The position numbers and the translations under genes are program-made. A DNA stretch of 64,000 nt. Source: the human T2T-CHM13v2.0 reference genome, Homo sapiens. The notes below the pieces were generated by a model that saw nothing but the letters and a program-made list of their open reading frames with translations, had not been told where the DNA came from and ran no database searches. The number at the start of each line of letters is the position of its first letter. Position 1 is the stretch's first letter. Below, piece by piece: positions 30,228 to 44,230 of the stretch. Location of the stretch: assembly GCF_009914755.1 (NCBI RefSeq), contig NC_060931.1; one strand, 5' to 3'.

Positions 30228-30527
30228 AATTTTTTATAGATACAGGGCCTTCCTCCATCGCCCAAGCTGGAGTGCAGTGGCATGATCATGGCTCACTGCA
30301 GCCTTGAATTCCTGGGTTCAAGCAATCCTCCTGCCTCAGACTCTTGAGGTGCTAGGACTACAGGTGCACGCCACCGCACCCAGCTAATTTTTACATTTTT
30401 TGTAACAACGGGGTCTCACTATATTGAGACCCAGGCTGGTGGCAAACTCCTGGGTCCAAGTGATCCTCTTGGATCCTCCCAAAGTGCAGAGGGGTCACTC
30501 TACAGGCATGAGCCACTATGTCCAGCT
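30228..30527 (-). mobile_element. Alu (J-like)
   Basis: Diverged reverse Alu. Confidence 0.85.
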
Positions 30528-30668
30528 GGATTGCAATCATTATTTATTGGAAGCCACGAAAACGGATATTTTAAGGAATATATAATCAAGTTAAGGATTT
30601 AGAAATCTATTTGGCTTTGTTAGTTGTTATAGTGTTTACGTATAAGTAAAATCATGTAAAAATGTTTA

Positions 30669-31072
<404 letters not shown>

Positions 31073-33435
31073 TTAGTATTACAGAGCACTGTATAAAATT
31101 GGGAGTATCTAAAAGAGCTGTTGCTGTGAAAATGAAGACAATGAAGCCCATATAGGTTGCATAACCTGTCCAGCCATCCAACTAATGGTAACCATATATT
31201 TTAATTTTTTCTTTGAACTCTGTACTATAATTGGTTATAAGCAGACTTGAATGTTTCTCAACCATAAAGACACCAGAAGTATTATTAACGACACAGGACC
31301 TTAGAACAGGATCTTATTTCAATAGTCCCAAATTGGAAACAACAATTGGGCATCAATGGGAATGGATGCACAAATAGTAGTATATCCTTCCACTGGAAAT
31401 AAAAGAAGAAAATAAGCTACATACTATTGGTACACATAATAAATATGAACCCCAAAATCATAATGTTGAATGAAAGAAGCCAGCCCCCCCTCAAAAAAAG
31501 GATACTTATTGTATGATTCTACTAATATAAAATTCTAGAATAGAGAAATCTAATCAACAGAGGCAGAGATCTGTTAGTGGTTGCCTGCAGATGGGGGTGA
31601 AGTTAGTGACAGATCACAAAGAGGCATAAGGACTTTTTAGGGGGTGATGAAGATGTTCATTATGTTGATCTTACTGATGGTTTCACAGATGTATGTTTAA
31701 ATCAAAACTGATTAAAAAGTGTGTACTACCTGTAATATGTGCAATTTATTGTATCTCAATAGTTGGTAAGAAAAAGCCTTATTATCCAAACTTGTTTCAT
31801 AGCTCCTTTACACAGATATGAAAAAAAAAAAGGAAGTATAATACTTTCTTGTTAGCAACAGTAAGCCCAGGAATTTCAGGTACTAAATAAGAGAAGTAAT
31901 GTGAAAATTATCTAGCTCATAGCCTTAAAAAAGGTTTAATTTATTTCATAATAGTGCTTGCTCTGAGATTAATGAAAAAGGTATCAAAGCTTAGAAGAAT
32001 GGGTAACTCTACAAGTCATATAAGCCAGTTAAACACAGTTCAGTGATTTCAATTTCCTCTTACATACTGTTAAATGAATGCTGTCATTAACTATGATTTA
32101 AATGGGTATGTTGGAAACAGATTTTCATTTTCATCTGGAACTTCTTGGCATTCTAATAAATAAAAAGCCCCACTTAGAGTCTGTCTTTCTGGAGAGCAGT
32201 GGCTGGCAGATGGGAATCACTTAAATATTTGCCGAGTTTATTTCAGATTGACCAAGATGCCAGGCTAGACTTTGCTGAAAAGTTGTTAGTTCAAAGTACT
32301 AGAACTTATTGTCTCATCTAGAGTTTTTCAAAGTTGAAAAACGTATGAAAGAAAAAAAAAAAAACTCACTTCACCCACTTTAAAAAAAATGCCTCTTTTT
32401 GGCACAAATATAAACTTTGCTTATGGCCTTTCTTCAACTATAAAATAAAAATTTACTTTAAATTTAATGCACACAGAACTACAAAATCAGTAACATTTAA
32501 AACTGAGTTAACTTGACAGATGTTGTTTTGCTAGAACTAAATGACCTCTCAAAGTGAATATTGTATGGACTGCTATGGTACTGTTTCATGTTTTGTTTAG
32601 TTTGTTTTTAGGTACAGCCTGTTTATTACCTATGGGCCCTGTGATACCTCTGCTCTGCCACTTTCTGCCACTTACCTGTTTGACACTAAGTTTCCTAACT
32701 TCCCAGTTCCTCAGTTGCCTTGCCTATAAAGTGAAGATTACTATATTTATCACAAACACAAGCAGTATTTCGAATGCTTTAACTATACTAACTACTTTCA
32801 TCCCCATAACAACGTTGTGAGGTGGGTATTATTATTATTCCTATTTTTCACACAGAGGACTTGAGGCTCAGGAAAAGTCACTTGCCCAAAGGCCACATCA
32901 CCAGTAAATGAGTTAGAATTTCAAACCAGACCTGCATGGTTAACCACTATCCCATGCTGTCTCTCATACTGTCATAGCTTAAAATTAATTCCTAGCTCAT
33001 CCAAATTAAATGCATTAATATATGTAAAGTACTTAAAATTATGTGTGGCTTGCAATAACAGTCAATAAACGTTGGCTATGGTTGTTTTTCTCATATCTCC
33101 CATTACTTTTCTTTATGAGTGCAAGTGATGTCCCACAGACCTTCATTTGACAAGAATGCATCACATACTAGGTCCACATCAGTTCTTTTCTCATTGGCAT
33201 GGTCCAATGAAAGCGATGAAAGCATCAGTGCACTCATGCAACTTGATGCACCGTGTGAGCCCAGAAATATCACAGCACTAACCAGAATAAATGCACATTA
33301 ATTCAGGTTTATATAATCTTCAAAATAAATACTGATGGACACCTGAGAATGTATCCAAGGAATCCCTTCTCCCCTCTCAAAGACTCAATTTATAAAACTG
33401 CTCACTATTTTTCACTTTTAAGAGATCACATGATG

Positions 33436-33742
33436 GGCCAGGCCCAGTGGCTCATGCCTGTAATCCCAGCACTTAGGGAGGCCGAGGCAGGAGGATCACT
33501 TGAGCCCAGGAGTTCGAGAGCAGCCTGGGCAACATAGGGAGACCCCCACCACCCCATCTCTACAAAAAAAAAAAAAAAATCTTTCTAAAGTAGCCGGGCA
33601 TGGTGGCTCGCACCTGTAGTCCCAGCCACTAGGGAGGTGGAGGCTGCAGAGAGCTGCAACTCCAGCCTGGGTGAAGAGTGAGATCCTGTCTCAAACAAAC
33701 GAGAGAGAGAGAGAAAGAGACAGCGAGAGCGAGAGAGAGAGA
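33436..33742 (+). mobile_element. Internally deleted Alu with (GA)n tail
   Basis: Left arm intact, right arm shortened. Confidence 0.85.
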
Positions 33743-35205
33743 GGACATGTACTAGCTCTGTCCTGCCTAAAAGAATTTTTGTCCCTGGTGGATTGTGAAT
33801 TGATCCTTTGTCTCCTTTTTGCCCAGCACAGTACCTGGCACACAGCTAGAACTTGCATGTTTGCTTAATTGAATCCCAGAGCCATCAAAGGCAGGGAGAA
33901 ATTACCTAGAGACAGGAAGAACTGAAAGACTGAAATGCCAAATAGGTCAGCAAGAACCATGCAGTACAACAATCTAAACTCTAACCCAAATCCCCAAATT
34001 CCAGGCAAAGAACACATCATTGATAGATATAGCTGTGACTGACTTAGAATAGTTGAGATCAGATCGGGTGGGCTCAGCTCATCAGCACCTGTTGAGTTCA
34101 AACCGGAATTTTTTCTCCTTCGCATGTGGAGTTTCCTTGTCGCTATGAAGAATAAATCTGCCTTATTCTCTAGGATTCCACATTTCAGCCTGGCTACTAA
34201 GTAAATAAAACTGGAAACTGGGAAGCCTTATGCTGCAATGACTGGCATCTCTGCCATTCGAGGACAAACATGGCTATATTATTATTGAGTTTAAAATCAC
34301 CACATTAATTGCCCGGAGTCGCACGCATCACCATCCCTGCACCGTGAGGGTGCAGAAGAAGCATGCAGTCACGCTGATGTCACCTGCCAGGTAACGGGAC
34401 TCGGCAGGGAACTCCTCTGGGACGTCCACTCGGGGACTCCGGGGAAATATGGCTTCTGGCTCGTCCTCGGGGCTCCCCGCTGGGACTCAGCACTGCGGAA
34501 GTGGGGCACGCCTTGGGGGAGTGGACAAGAAAGCGCGAAGGAGCGCGATTAGAAGGTCTCATCTGTGCAACGTGGGCCGAGGGGTGGGTGTGGAGGCCTC
34601 GCCAATTTCCTTGTCTCTCTAGGGTTCCTGAGGCTGTCGGGGCTTCTGGAAGCCAGGGAGGCCCTGGATACGGAAGTCTCAATGCAGCAAATTACAGACC
34701 TAGTTCTGTACCCTTATGAAGAACCCCTCTCCCTAAGGGCGCCCTCCACTCCCAAGCGGGGGCGGGGATCGGCAAAGGATCCAGATCATTCGGCCTGCGG
34801 AAGTCTAAAGGGTCATTTAGACACCCGCCTAAGAACCTGAAACTACCAGGACTGACCGCGGTCAAAATCCCTCGGGAGCAGTGAAGAATTCACACACTGG
34901 GGTCCACACCCCGGGAAGCTCGCATTAACCTAAGGCGGGGCGTGGAAATCCGTACGTTTCCAAAAGCGGATTTAGAGGCCGAGCCTCTGTAACTACCCCT
35001 CTTGTCCCAGCACTGCTTCTGCCTCCCCACCTCTCCGCCCCTGCAACCTTTCCCAGACCAAAGGGAGAAACGCTCTTTCCCGGTTCCAGGCTGCAAACCT
35101 TGCAGAACCGCAGCCAAAGGTCACCCAGGCCAGGAGCGCCCCCCGGGCTCCGCCACGCCCCCCGGCCAGGCTGGCCGCGGCCGCGTCGCAGCCCAGCACC
35201 CGTAC

Positions 35206-35272
35206 CTTTCCCGATGACTTCCAGTAGCTCCTTCTCCTCCTGGGTCAGCTCGCCTTTCTTTATGTGAACCAT
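35206..35272 (-). CDS. ANKMY2: ANKMY2 coding exon 1 (MVHIKKGELTQEEKELLEVIGK-G), 67 nt
   Basis: ATG at 35272 in strong context (gcaATGg). Donor AAAG|GTACGG after 35206. The peptide matches the recalled ANKMY2 N-terminus. Confidence 0.96.
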
Positions 35273-35455
35273 TGCTCCCGCCAGCTTGAAGGTTATTCCC
35301 TTTCTTAGGGAGTATTAAAAAAGAAACGATGCGTCTGTATTGGGAACGCCAGCCGCAATGAGGCAACTTGAGACCAAGACACTGAGTAGCCAACCGCGGA
35401 AACGCTTCGCTTCTCTCCTCCCTCCCGCGGGCTGGCGGACAGCGGGCGAGCTCGG
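35273..35455 (-). other. ANKMY2: ANKMY2 5' UTR (5' end approximate)
   Basis: Lies between the ATG and the minus-strand CCAAT boxes and contains no upstream ATG. The TSS cannot be fixed from sequence. Confidence 0.6.
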
Positions 35456-35879
35456 GCGAGCCAGGCGGACGGTCTCCGCAGGCCCTGCGGCGGTCACCGC
35501 CTGCCGCCTGTCATTGGCCCTGCCGAGGAGGAGGAGCCGCAGGAGGCGGTAGCGAGAGATCGCCATTGGAGCAACCTGGGAGGACAAAACCAAATGCAGA
35601 AAGCTGGAGGGGGGAATTAAATTCCTCCTACACGTTCCGCTCCCCTATCCTGTCCGGTTCAAATATTTCGCCACATGTAATATTGAAAATTCTACAGCTG
35701 GCAGTTATGTGCTCAGCGACGGCTTTCTGGGGCATGCAGAGGCCCCAGGTTGTCGCCGTACCCCCACCATTCCCCCGGGAGTGGCGCAGTCTGGGCGGGG
35801 GCGGTCTAGGAGACGGGGGCGGTACGGGAGGCGGGGCTGCGCCGGGTTCCGTGTGTCTATGTCAATGTGTCTGTCCTTC

Positions 35880-35987
35880 ACTCCTCCATTGTCTGCCGCC
35901 ACTGCTGCTGCTGCTGCTGCTGCCGCTGCTGCTGCACGAATCGTCGCAGCCCCCAGCCTTGCGCGTCGTCGCTACCTCCTCGGACAG
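35880..35987 (+). other. BZW2: BZW2 non-coding exon 1 (alternative 3' end at 36003; 5' end approximate)
   Basis: Inr-like motif at the start. Two consensus donors: CAG|GTGAGA (35987) and CAG|GTGAGG (36003). It is the only promoter upstream of the BZW2 coding exon. Confidence 0.8.
35902..35934 (+). repeat. (CTG)7CCG(CTG)3 interrupted triplet repeat in the BZW2 5' UTR
   Basis: Read directly from sequence. Confidence 0.95.
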
Positions 35988-38900
35988 GTGAGAAGCAGCC
36001 CAGGTGAGGCAAGGGGCGCCGTGAGGGTTGCGAGAGTAGCGACTGCCGCCCCGCCGGGGTTTCCATCGGGCAGGAGCTGGCGGGGAGGAAGCATGTGCCT
36101 CCTGGGGCGGCTTCCTGCCTCGCGGTGGAGAAGCCCCCGCTCCACCTCATCATCACGGCGCGTACGGGGTATCAGTGCCCTGGGATGAAGACCTCCGACT
36201 CGCAACGTTTGGCCGCCTCGGGAGACCCTGGGACCGCGGGCGGGCGGGCGGGAGCCAGCCACGCGGTGGGAAGTGGCGGGTGCACATGGTCTCGTGCGTG
36301 GCACCGCCAGATGCGGCTCCCGGGGAGGCTGGGGCCGGGGCTCTGGGCTAGGTAGGGGTCGCAAGGACAGCGCCCCATTACTAGCGAGTCAGTGAGAACA
36401 GACTCGGGAGAAGGTAGTTTTTACGCTGGTGATCCTCGCCCTCCCCACTACTTGTCATCTCTTTGGCCTCTGTGGAAGCTGTAGAAGAAAACCTGATCGC
36501 CCAATGTTGCTTGTTAAAGATGTTTGGAAACAATTTACACTTGCACTAATACTTCGTTTATGAGAGACAGCCTGGGGGAGGGGGAAGGAAGGGCTTCTTT
36601 GCTCTGCTAGAGTTCTCGGTTCTCTTTGTAACTCAGATCTTGAGATTTATGGAAATAGGGAGTGGAGGGTGGGGAGGTTGGAGAGGGCGGAGATTAAATT
36701 GGTGTTGCTGCCTATATATAGCCTTAGATTAGCCTCTTAATCCAACCTTCATTCAACTGTAATATGTAGCCTGGAGCTTCGACCATAGGTAGATGGGGGT
36801 AAATACAAGTGTGTATTTCAGAATAAGATTTGCTTGCTAAAATGCGGGAATCAGTCATTTCTCCAGGGTGCAGATTTATATTTACATCATCAATGAAAGT
36901 TTCTTTGGAAATTAGTGTTTATGTTTTACTGTTGTTTCCCTACAGAGTAGTATTGATGTTTCTCTCAATATGTGTGTCAAAGAGACGTGTATGTGTCAAA
37001 GAGAAATATTTGAATAATTATGTAGGTGGTTTTTGTTAAGCATCCCCAGGACCACTGTTTCTTCTCATAGCGCCATACGAAAAGCGAAATGCATTTTCCT
37101 CTGGCCTTAGGCATTTATTTTGCGTGAAGCTTTCACTAACATCTGAAATCTCCTGGAATATGTTTATCATTATTTCCTGCCTTTAGCAAAAATCTTTCCT
37201 AAACTCCACCTGTTTTTCCCCCCTAAAGCTTCAGCATTAAAGGCTGGGACAGATCTGAGCCAGAACATCTTACATGAAAATGGTTTGAAATTATTCATCT
37301 CAGTGTATAACAAAGATACTTTTGTTGGATGATGCTTTAATAATGATGTGGCTGTTCAAGCAAGTAGTAAGGCTCCTGAGAGTGACCAATCTTTTGTAAT
37401 GCTGTTAGTTCAGAGTTACAATTGATTTATAACATAGTATCATGCGGAAGAAACCCACAAACCTAAAAAAACAGTTGAGTGGTAACCTCCTGGAACATGT
37501 GATTTAGCATCTTACCAGCAGATGCATACACATAATTGGGTACTTCATTGCTAGTATTTCCATCTCTTGTGCCAAATCTGGGCCATGGTTACTTGAAGGT
37601 CACACCTGTTTGTCTCACTGGGGTTGTCAGTTCCTCGAGGATAGCAGCTTACTATCTATTTTCTTGATGCCTTATGACACTTGGTTGGTATTTAGTGCTC
37701 TCTGAATACATGACCAGTGAATTTAGAGACAATAACGTTGAAAGAGAATCTAACATCTACCTAGAAATGCAAATAAATCATGTTCAGTTTACATTTCTAG
37801 AAACAGATTCATAATGGGTACTGTTCATTAGATGGATTGATTACATTAGTAGTTTTGTATGGTGTAAATATTTAATGTAGGGATAAGATTAGATAATGAG
37901 CATATTAAAACAGATTCACATCAAAGAAGTTTTATTGATAATAAGATAGCTACTTCATATTGAGTATTTAGTCTGTGCTAGATATTCTACCAGATGCTTT
38001 GCATAGAATTATTCTAGTGTTATGACAACCCAGGAATGAGCCAATATTATACCCACTTTGCAAATAAGAGGACAGAAAGTAAGGGAAATAATTTGCCCAC
38101 AATCCCATATTAGGAAGTGTCAAGTCAGAATTGGAATAATGATTTCTGAAATGTTTGAAATGTTGTATGTGTCCTCTCATATCTACCACTCTAGAGCTAT
38201 TGCAATGCATCTTAAGTAGCCTGCTTCTCTCTCACCTGTCTCCATCTAGCTAATTCAGGGAACTACCAGTTCAATAAACATTGAGCACCCATCATTCTTT
38301 GAATGGCTCTCTGCTGGCCACAGAATAGAGGGCTGGGTCTGGCCTGGAAGGTTCCAATCCATCCATGGTCTCAGCAGGCATTTCCAGTCATCTGGGCCCT
38401 CCCACACACTGGGCTCTAAGGTCACCACTCTGCTTGTTCCCCAACCTGCCGGTAATTTCCACCCCTTTGTTCCTGCTTTTCTCCTCCTCTGAATGATTTC
38501 CCTTCCCTTTTCACTGAATCTCCTCTCCAGATCTGATGAACTATTCAACTTTCCAGACACAATTTAAACAAAACCTCTTTTCTTCAGCTTTTGTGTTCAT
38601 CTCTCCCTCTCTATCCAGTAAGGGAAATATACATGCTAGTAAATACATTTATTCATGTCTCTTGGCAAGGGTTATAAGTAAAATCTTTGTACATGGAGGA
38701 TATTGATATGCAACATGGCTACTGGTATCATTGCTGGCAGCCTTTAATTCTCTCTTCTTATGGATTCTAGCGACCCCTCTTTTACCGCCCCCCTAAATTG
38801 ACATCATTGCTTCTTCATCTGAATCTCCATGAAAATACCTAAAACAAGCACTTTCTCATCGCATTCTATTATAGTTATTATTAATCTGTTTGGTCCCTTC

Positions 38901-41900
38901 TCATTCTACAGTATACATTAACTAGGTCAAATTTATCTTTGTTTCTCAGGTTTAACCCAGTGTCTTGCACCTAGTGTATGCTCAGTACAAGCTGAGTTGA
39001 ATTCAGTTTGATTTCTAAGTTATTTTAGGTGGATTTGTTTTCCTACTTGACTAATCCTTCCTGGCAATGTGAGGTGAGGTGGCACTAAGCACGCACAATC
39101 ATAACCAGAGGCAGAAAGTCTTTAAATGTTTTGGATCTCAAGCTTCTTGACATTCTGATGAATGCTATCAACCAAGAAAAATTGTTCTTGTGCACATGTT
39201 ACAAATTTGGCATGCCATTCTTAGATTTCCCCATTAAAGACCCTGATTTCCAGCTCTCTACATTAGGAGAATGCTGCCTTTTTGTTGCATTTTTGAGTAT
39301 TACATCTTTCAGGGTACTGTTTGTCTTGACATTTGACTTTTTTTCCTTAGACTTAGGTATCTTTATTGACTGGATATTTGATAATAAGAAATTTTGATTT
39401 TTTTAAGTTGGAAGTAGATTACGGTTATATTTTTAAAAGATTACTTATCTTTTAGAGATAGGAACAGAATTATTTCAGAACTGGATGAGAAGACAGCTGA
39501 GATTTGCTTTAATATAATTCTGTGACAGAAAGGAAGAGAGACTGAATGAGAATATAAATGAGATAAAATTGACTATGTTAACAGTTGAAGATGGGTGATG
39601 AGTATATTCACTTGATTATACTGTTCTCTCTACTTTTGGATATATTTGAGATTTTCCATAATGAAGTTTTTAAAAAGAAAATTTGGAAGTATTACAGCCT
39701 CTAAGAAATCTTTTTTTTTTAAACACAACATAAGAAAGTAATATAAATACAAATGTTCTTTTTTCTATACTTGGAGTTTCGCTTATGTGATTATTCATTT
39801 AAGTGTTAAAACAGTTACACCTAAATCTGCAAAGAACTGTCTTGTGAACAATGCGTTTCCATAAACATTTGACATCACATTTTAACTTCTCCAAAAAGTA
39901 AAAGGTTGGTGGCATTACTCAGTGCTTGTAGAACAAATTGATGAATATCTTACTGGTAGTTAATCTTCATCTTTTTTGAAAAGAAAATTCTGAAGAAGGG
40001 GTACAGATACATTTAGTTTAACTGAGAAAATCAAGAGGTGAATGAAGTGGAGATACTGATGTTCTTCTGTGCGTCATAATCCAACTCAGAAGGCATTCCA
40101 AAAAAAAAGAGTACCAAAACTGTTTCGAGCAATGTCAGCACTGATAGGATAAGTATTAGTCTAGGAAAATCAGGAGCAGGCCCAGGACAGGGTGTGACTG
40201 GTAGGTTCTTACTCAGTGTTTGCTTAGCTGAATACTTAATCTGACACCTACTTTCTAATTTGTGCAATTTTTTAAACTGATTTTTTGATGTTTACAATTT
40301 TTTATTGTGTTTTAGATATATTAAATGTCCTTTATAACATGTCATCCTAGACTTTGGGATTTTACAAGAATATTTAATTAATATGAAATCCACCAATCTT
40401 AGCAGGTCATAAACAAGAATACTTTTCATTCTTAACTCACTCATTTCTGTGTATTGAGGCCATGGCGCTCTTTAGCAAGTATCTTTTGGGCAGTTAGGTG
40501 CCGAGTGGAATGATTTGCCCCGTTCTAAATTTGGCGTGTATTAAGTGAAGAGTGCCAAAATTGTTCAGGTAGTCATATTTGTAAACTATCTATTTTGAAA
40601 ATAAAGATTTGAATAACTCATTGAATGAACCATTCTTTAAGGTTAAATGCCAAAAAGATAATGTTCTCATTATTCTTTCTTGATTTTTAGCAATAGGTGT
40701 TTCCATTGATGTTTTTTAAGTTTATTCAAAAATTAAAGGAAAAAAGTATAATGACAAAAAGAAAGAATAATGCCCTGTATTAATATTTAAGATAGTATAA
40801 TCCTTTGGCTATCTTTAATTCCATTCTGAAAATATTAATATTTTAGTAGGAAAACAATAACTTAAGATGTAGAATTATTTTTTGTGTCAGATGTAGCATT
40901 ATATTTTCTTTTTACATCTCAACTTATTTTTATGCTAGATGAGAACTTTAAAAAATATAACAGGTGTACTGTTATTTTTGAGGACTTCTAAATAAATCTC
41001 AAGAAAAGCCCTGGGGCAGAGATGAATAATAAGGGATAATAACGTTTAGCACTGTAGAGAATATATCATAAGCTACTATTGGATGATATTCTACTGTCAT
41101 CCTTTTTATATATCCACACAGAAGACTTTAATGGTTTTCAAACTAACCTGGATTTATGGTCATTTCTAAGAAGAAAAAAGAAATGTTATATGTTTTTCTC
41201 AGTGAACAAGGTAATTGAATGGGACTATTATAAACAGGAAAGAGAACCCCTAGTTGTCGGTGCAGAGGAAACTGCTGGCTGGAGGAAAAGGATGCGGTGT
41301 TAGTATTTGGGAGTGTGCAGATTGTGTTTGTGTTAGAGTTGAGCTTCTGCAGGAAACAATTTAAAAACTGTATCCTATAGTGCTAGAAATTATGGTGCCA
41401 TAAATTTTCTAATATTCGTATGTCCCTAAGAGGCAATATTGTTAAATTCTCTCTCTAAAGATAAATGCCTTTTCCCCCCCACCGCTTAATAGAACTCTAT
41501 GGAGAACTCTTTGGTATTTTGGAAGTAACATATGCTAATTCAATTTATCCAAGTGCTGAACTCAACTTTAAATTAATATTTATGCGCTACTCCATCTTAT
41601 TCCAAACTATAAAATTTATGAGGCAAATAATGAAAAAGCTGTCTTCGAGAATCATATAAATAATTCTCTAAGACATTGCAACAGCTTTAGTTGGCTCCTT
41701 GGAAAATGCACTGAGTGGAGACAGTGGATCAGGTTCTGGCCCCAACTCTTCCATGTACATAAGCTCCAGATGGGCAGGGATCGTTCTGCTTTGATCTCCA
41801 CTGTCTTACCAATGCTAGAATGGAATTCCTGACCTCAGCCAAGTGGTTTGACATCTCAGTGCCTTATCTGAAGGTTAGCTTAGGGACTGGGCTTACATCC

Positions 41901-42224
41901 ATGGTTTTCAAAGTATTCCATTCCGCGTGGATGCCACTTGTAAGTTACAAAGTAAAAAAACACGCACTTAATTATTAAAACGTTAATAAACACAACTGCA
42001 TCTCGAATGCATCATATGTTGTCTTTAAACATACTGGAGACAATCAGTGCTTGCTAACTTGTTCTGCCCGATTGTGCAATACTTGGAACAAAGCTCCACC
42101 TGCTAGAAAGTGACCTCCATGAAATTTGCCTGATTTAGTGCTTGCTGCATCCCTATTGACTAGTACCAGACCTGGTATATTTGGCAAACAAATAAATGAA
42201 TGATTCTCTGTAGGTTTAAACCTT

Positions 42225-42593
<369 letters not shown>

Positions 42594-43645
42594 TCAATTT
42601 TGTATGGTCCACTTCTGTAAAGTTGTGTTGGGGAATCCAGTCCCATGTCATCAGCGTGCCCTAGACTAGGCTTGGCATTTCTATCCAGTTCATGCTCTCA
42701 TTATGTAATAAGCATGCATATGGAAAGTAACTTTGTGTGTGTGTGTGTGTGTGTAGCCCTTCAAATAAAGCTTCACCTGCTAGACAGGCTTGGGCAGGTC
42801 CCCTTCTGGGAGGATGGGAGTTTCTTGGTTGAGAGAACTAGTAAGTGAGCCAATATTTGGACTCATGCCCACCACCACCTTTGAGCTTCCTGAAGGTCCA
42901 CTATTACGATTTTTAAGCAATTGCTCCAAAACAGAATTCTCTCACTGTCTACCAGTCTAGGCCTTACTTTTCTTTTTATTTCTTTTTTTTCTGAAGATTT
43001 TATTTTCCTCTTTTCCATGATTAAAAATCCTCTGAAGAGAGGCAAACACTTCAACACTCTTTTACTTTAATAACTTGTCTTCTGACTTCCCACTGGAGTA
43101 ATAGTCACCAACACTCCCATCAGTTTTGTGTCTGTCTTAAACTAACTTGCTCTCTGGCATTGCCACTCCACTTCTTGCTGATTTTCATCTCCTCGTTCTC
43201 CTCGCCTCAGTTAGCAAGGCCAGTGTTGTGTGTGCTGTCCATAGCTCCTTTCCTCTAGGTGGAAAGTAAATCTCATATAAAATCATCTTTCTCCTCTACT
43301 ATGTAAAGCTCAACATGTATTTAGGTATCTTCCAGTGAAAAAGCACTTTTCTGGAGGAAGGAACATTGGAGATGAGAATACTCATTAATAATAAATATTA
43401 CTTTTGTCTTCAGTGGAGGTGAAAATCTCGAATGCATAGGCATTTTCTAAAAGGTTACATAGGATGATGTTAAAGGGTTTAAATTATTATCATCTCCATG
43501 GAGTGGGGCTAGGATATAAGGTCAAGAGTGAAAGATTGGGAAGAGCACTACCCTTCTGTACTGTGTTGGGGTTTTTTGTTTGTTTGATTTTGTTTTGTTT
43601 TTGCCATCAGTGTGTTATTACTTTAAAGTTTTAAATCACTAGTTA

Positions 43646-43940
<295 letters not shown>

Positions 43941-44230
43941 ATAGAGACCATCTTGCTTTTTTCTAAGCTTAAAATTATAATATTATTAACAAATTTCAAG
44001 GACATTTCCTTCTCTATAAGAGTTTCTGCTTTTCCTAAAGTGATGCAATGGAACAGATGACTTTTAAAATAAAGATTCAGAGAATATCACTGAATCAAGT
44101 TATATAACTCCAAGTCCAAATGCAAATCATTTTTAAATTGTATTTTAGCATAATATGAGAAAAGGTGGTAGAATTTAATTTTAATTTTTTTCTGTATATA
44201 ACCCCCCCCCCCAAAAAAAAACGGATGATA

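Larger units (their letters stand above)
34300..36420. promoter_or_regulatory. CpG island / bidirectional promoter shared by ANKMY2 and BZW2
   Basis: Sharp rise in GC and CpG against an AT-rich background. ATTGG (CCAAT on minus) at 35513 and 35565; GC boxes at 35793-35836; Inr-like TCACTCC at 35878-35884; no TATA box. Confidence 0.92.

Noticed and set aside
34375-34400. Donor-like CAG|GTGACA (minus) and CAG|GTAACG (plus) near the island edge as extra exons
   Set aside because: No matching acceptor or reading frame can be supported from sequence alone.
35566-36378. Several long overlapping ORFs in the CpG island
   Set aside because: Stop codons are rare in GC-rich DNA, and the ORFs run across the promoter and splice donors. 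Only the spliced leader frames were kept as findings.
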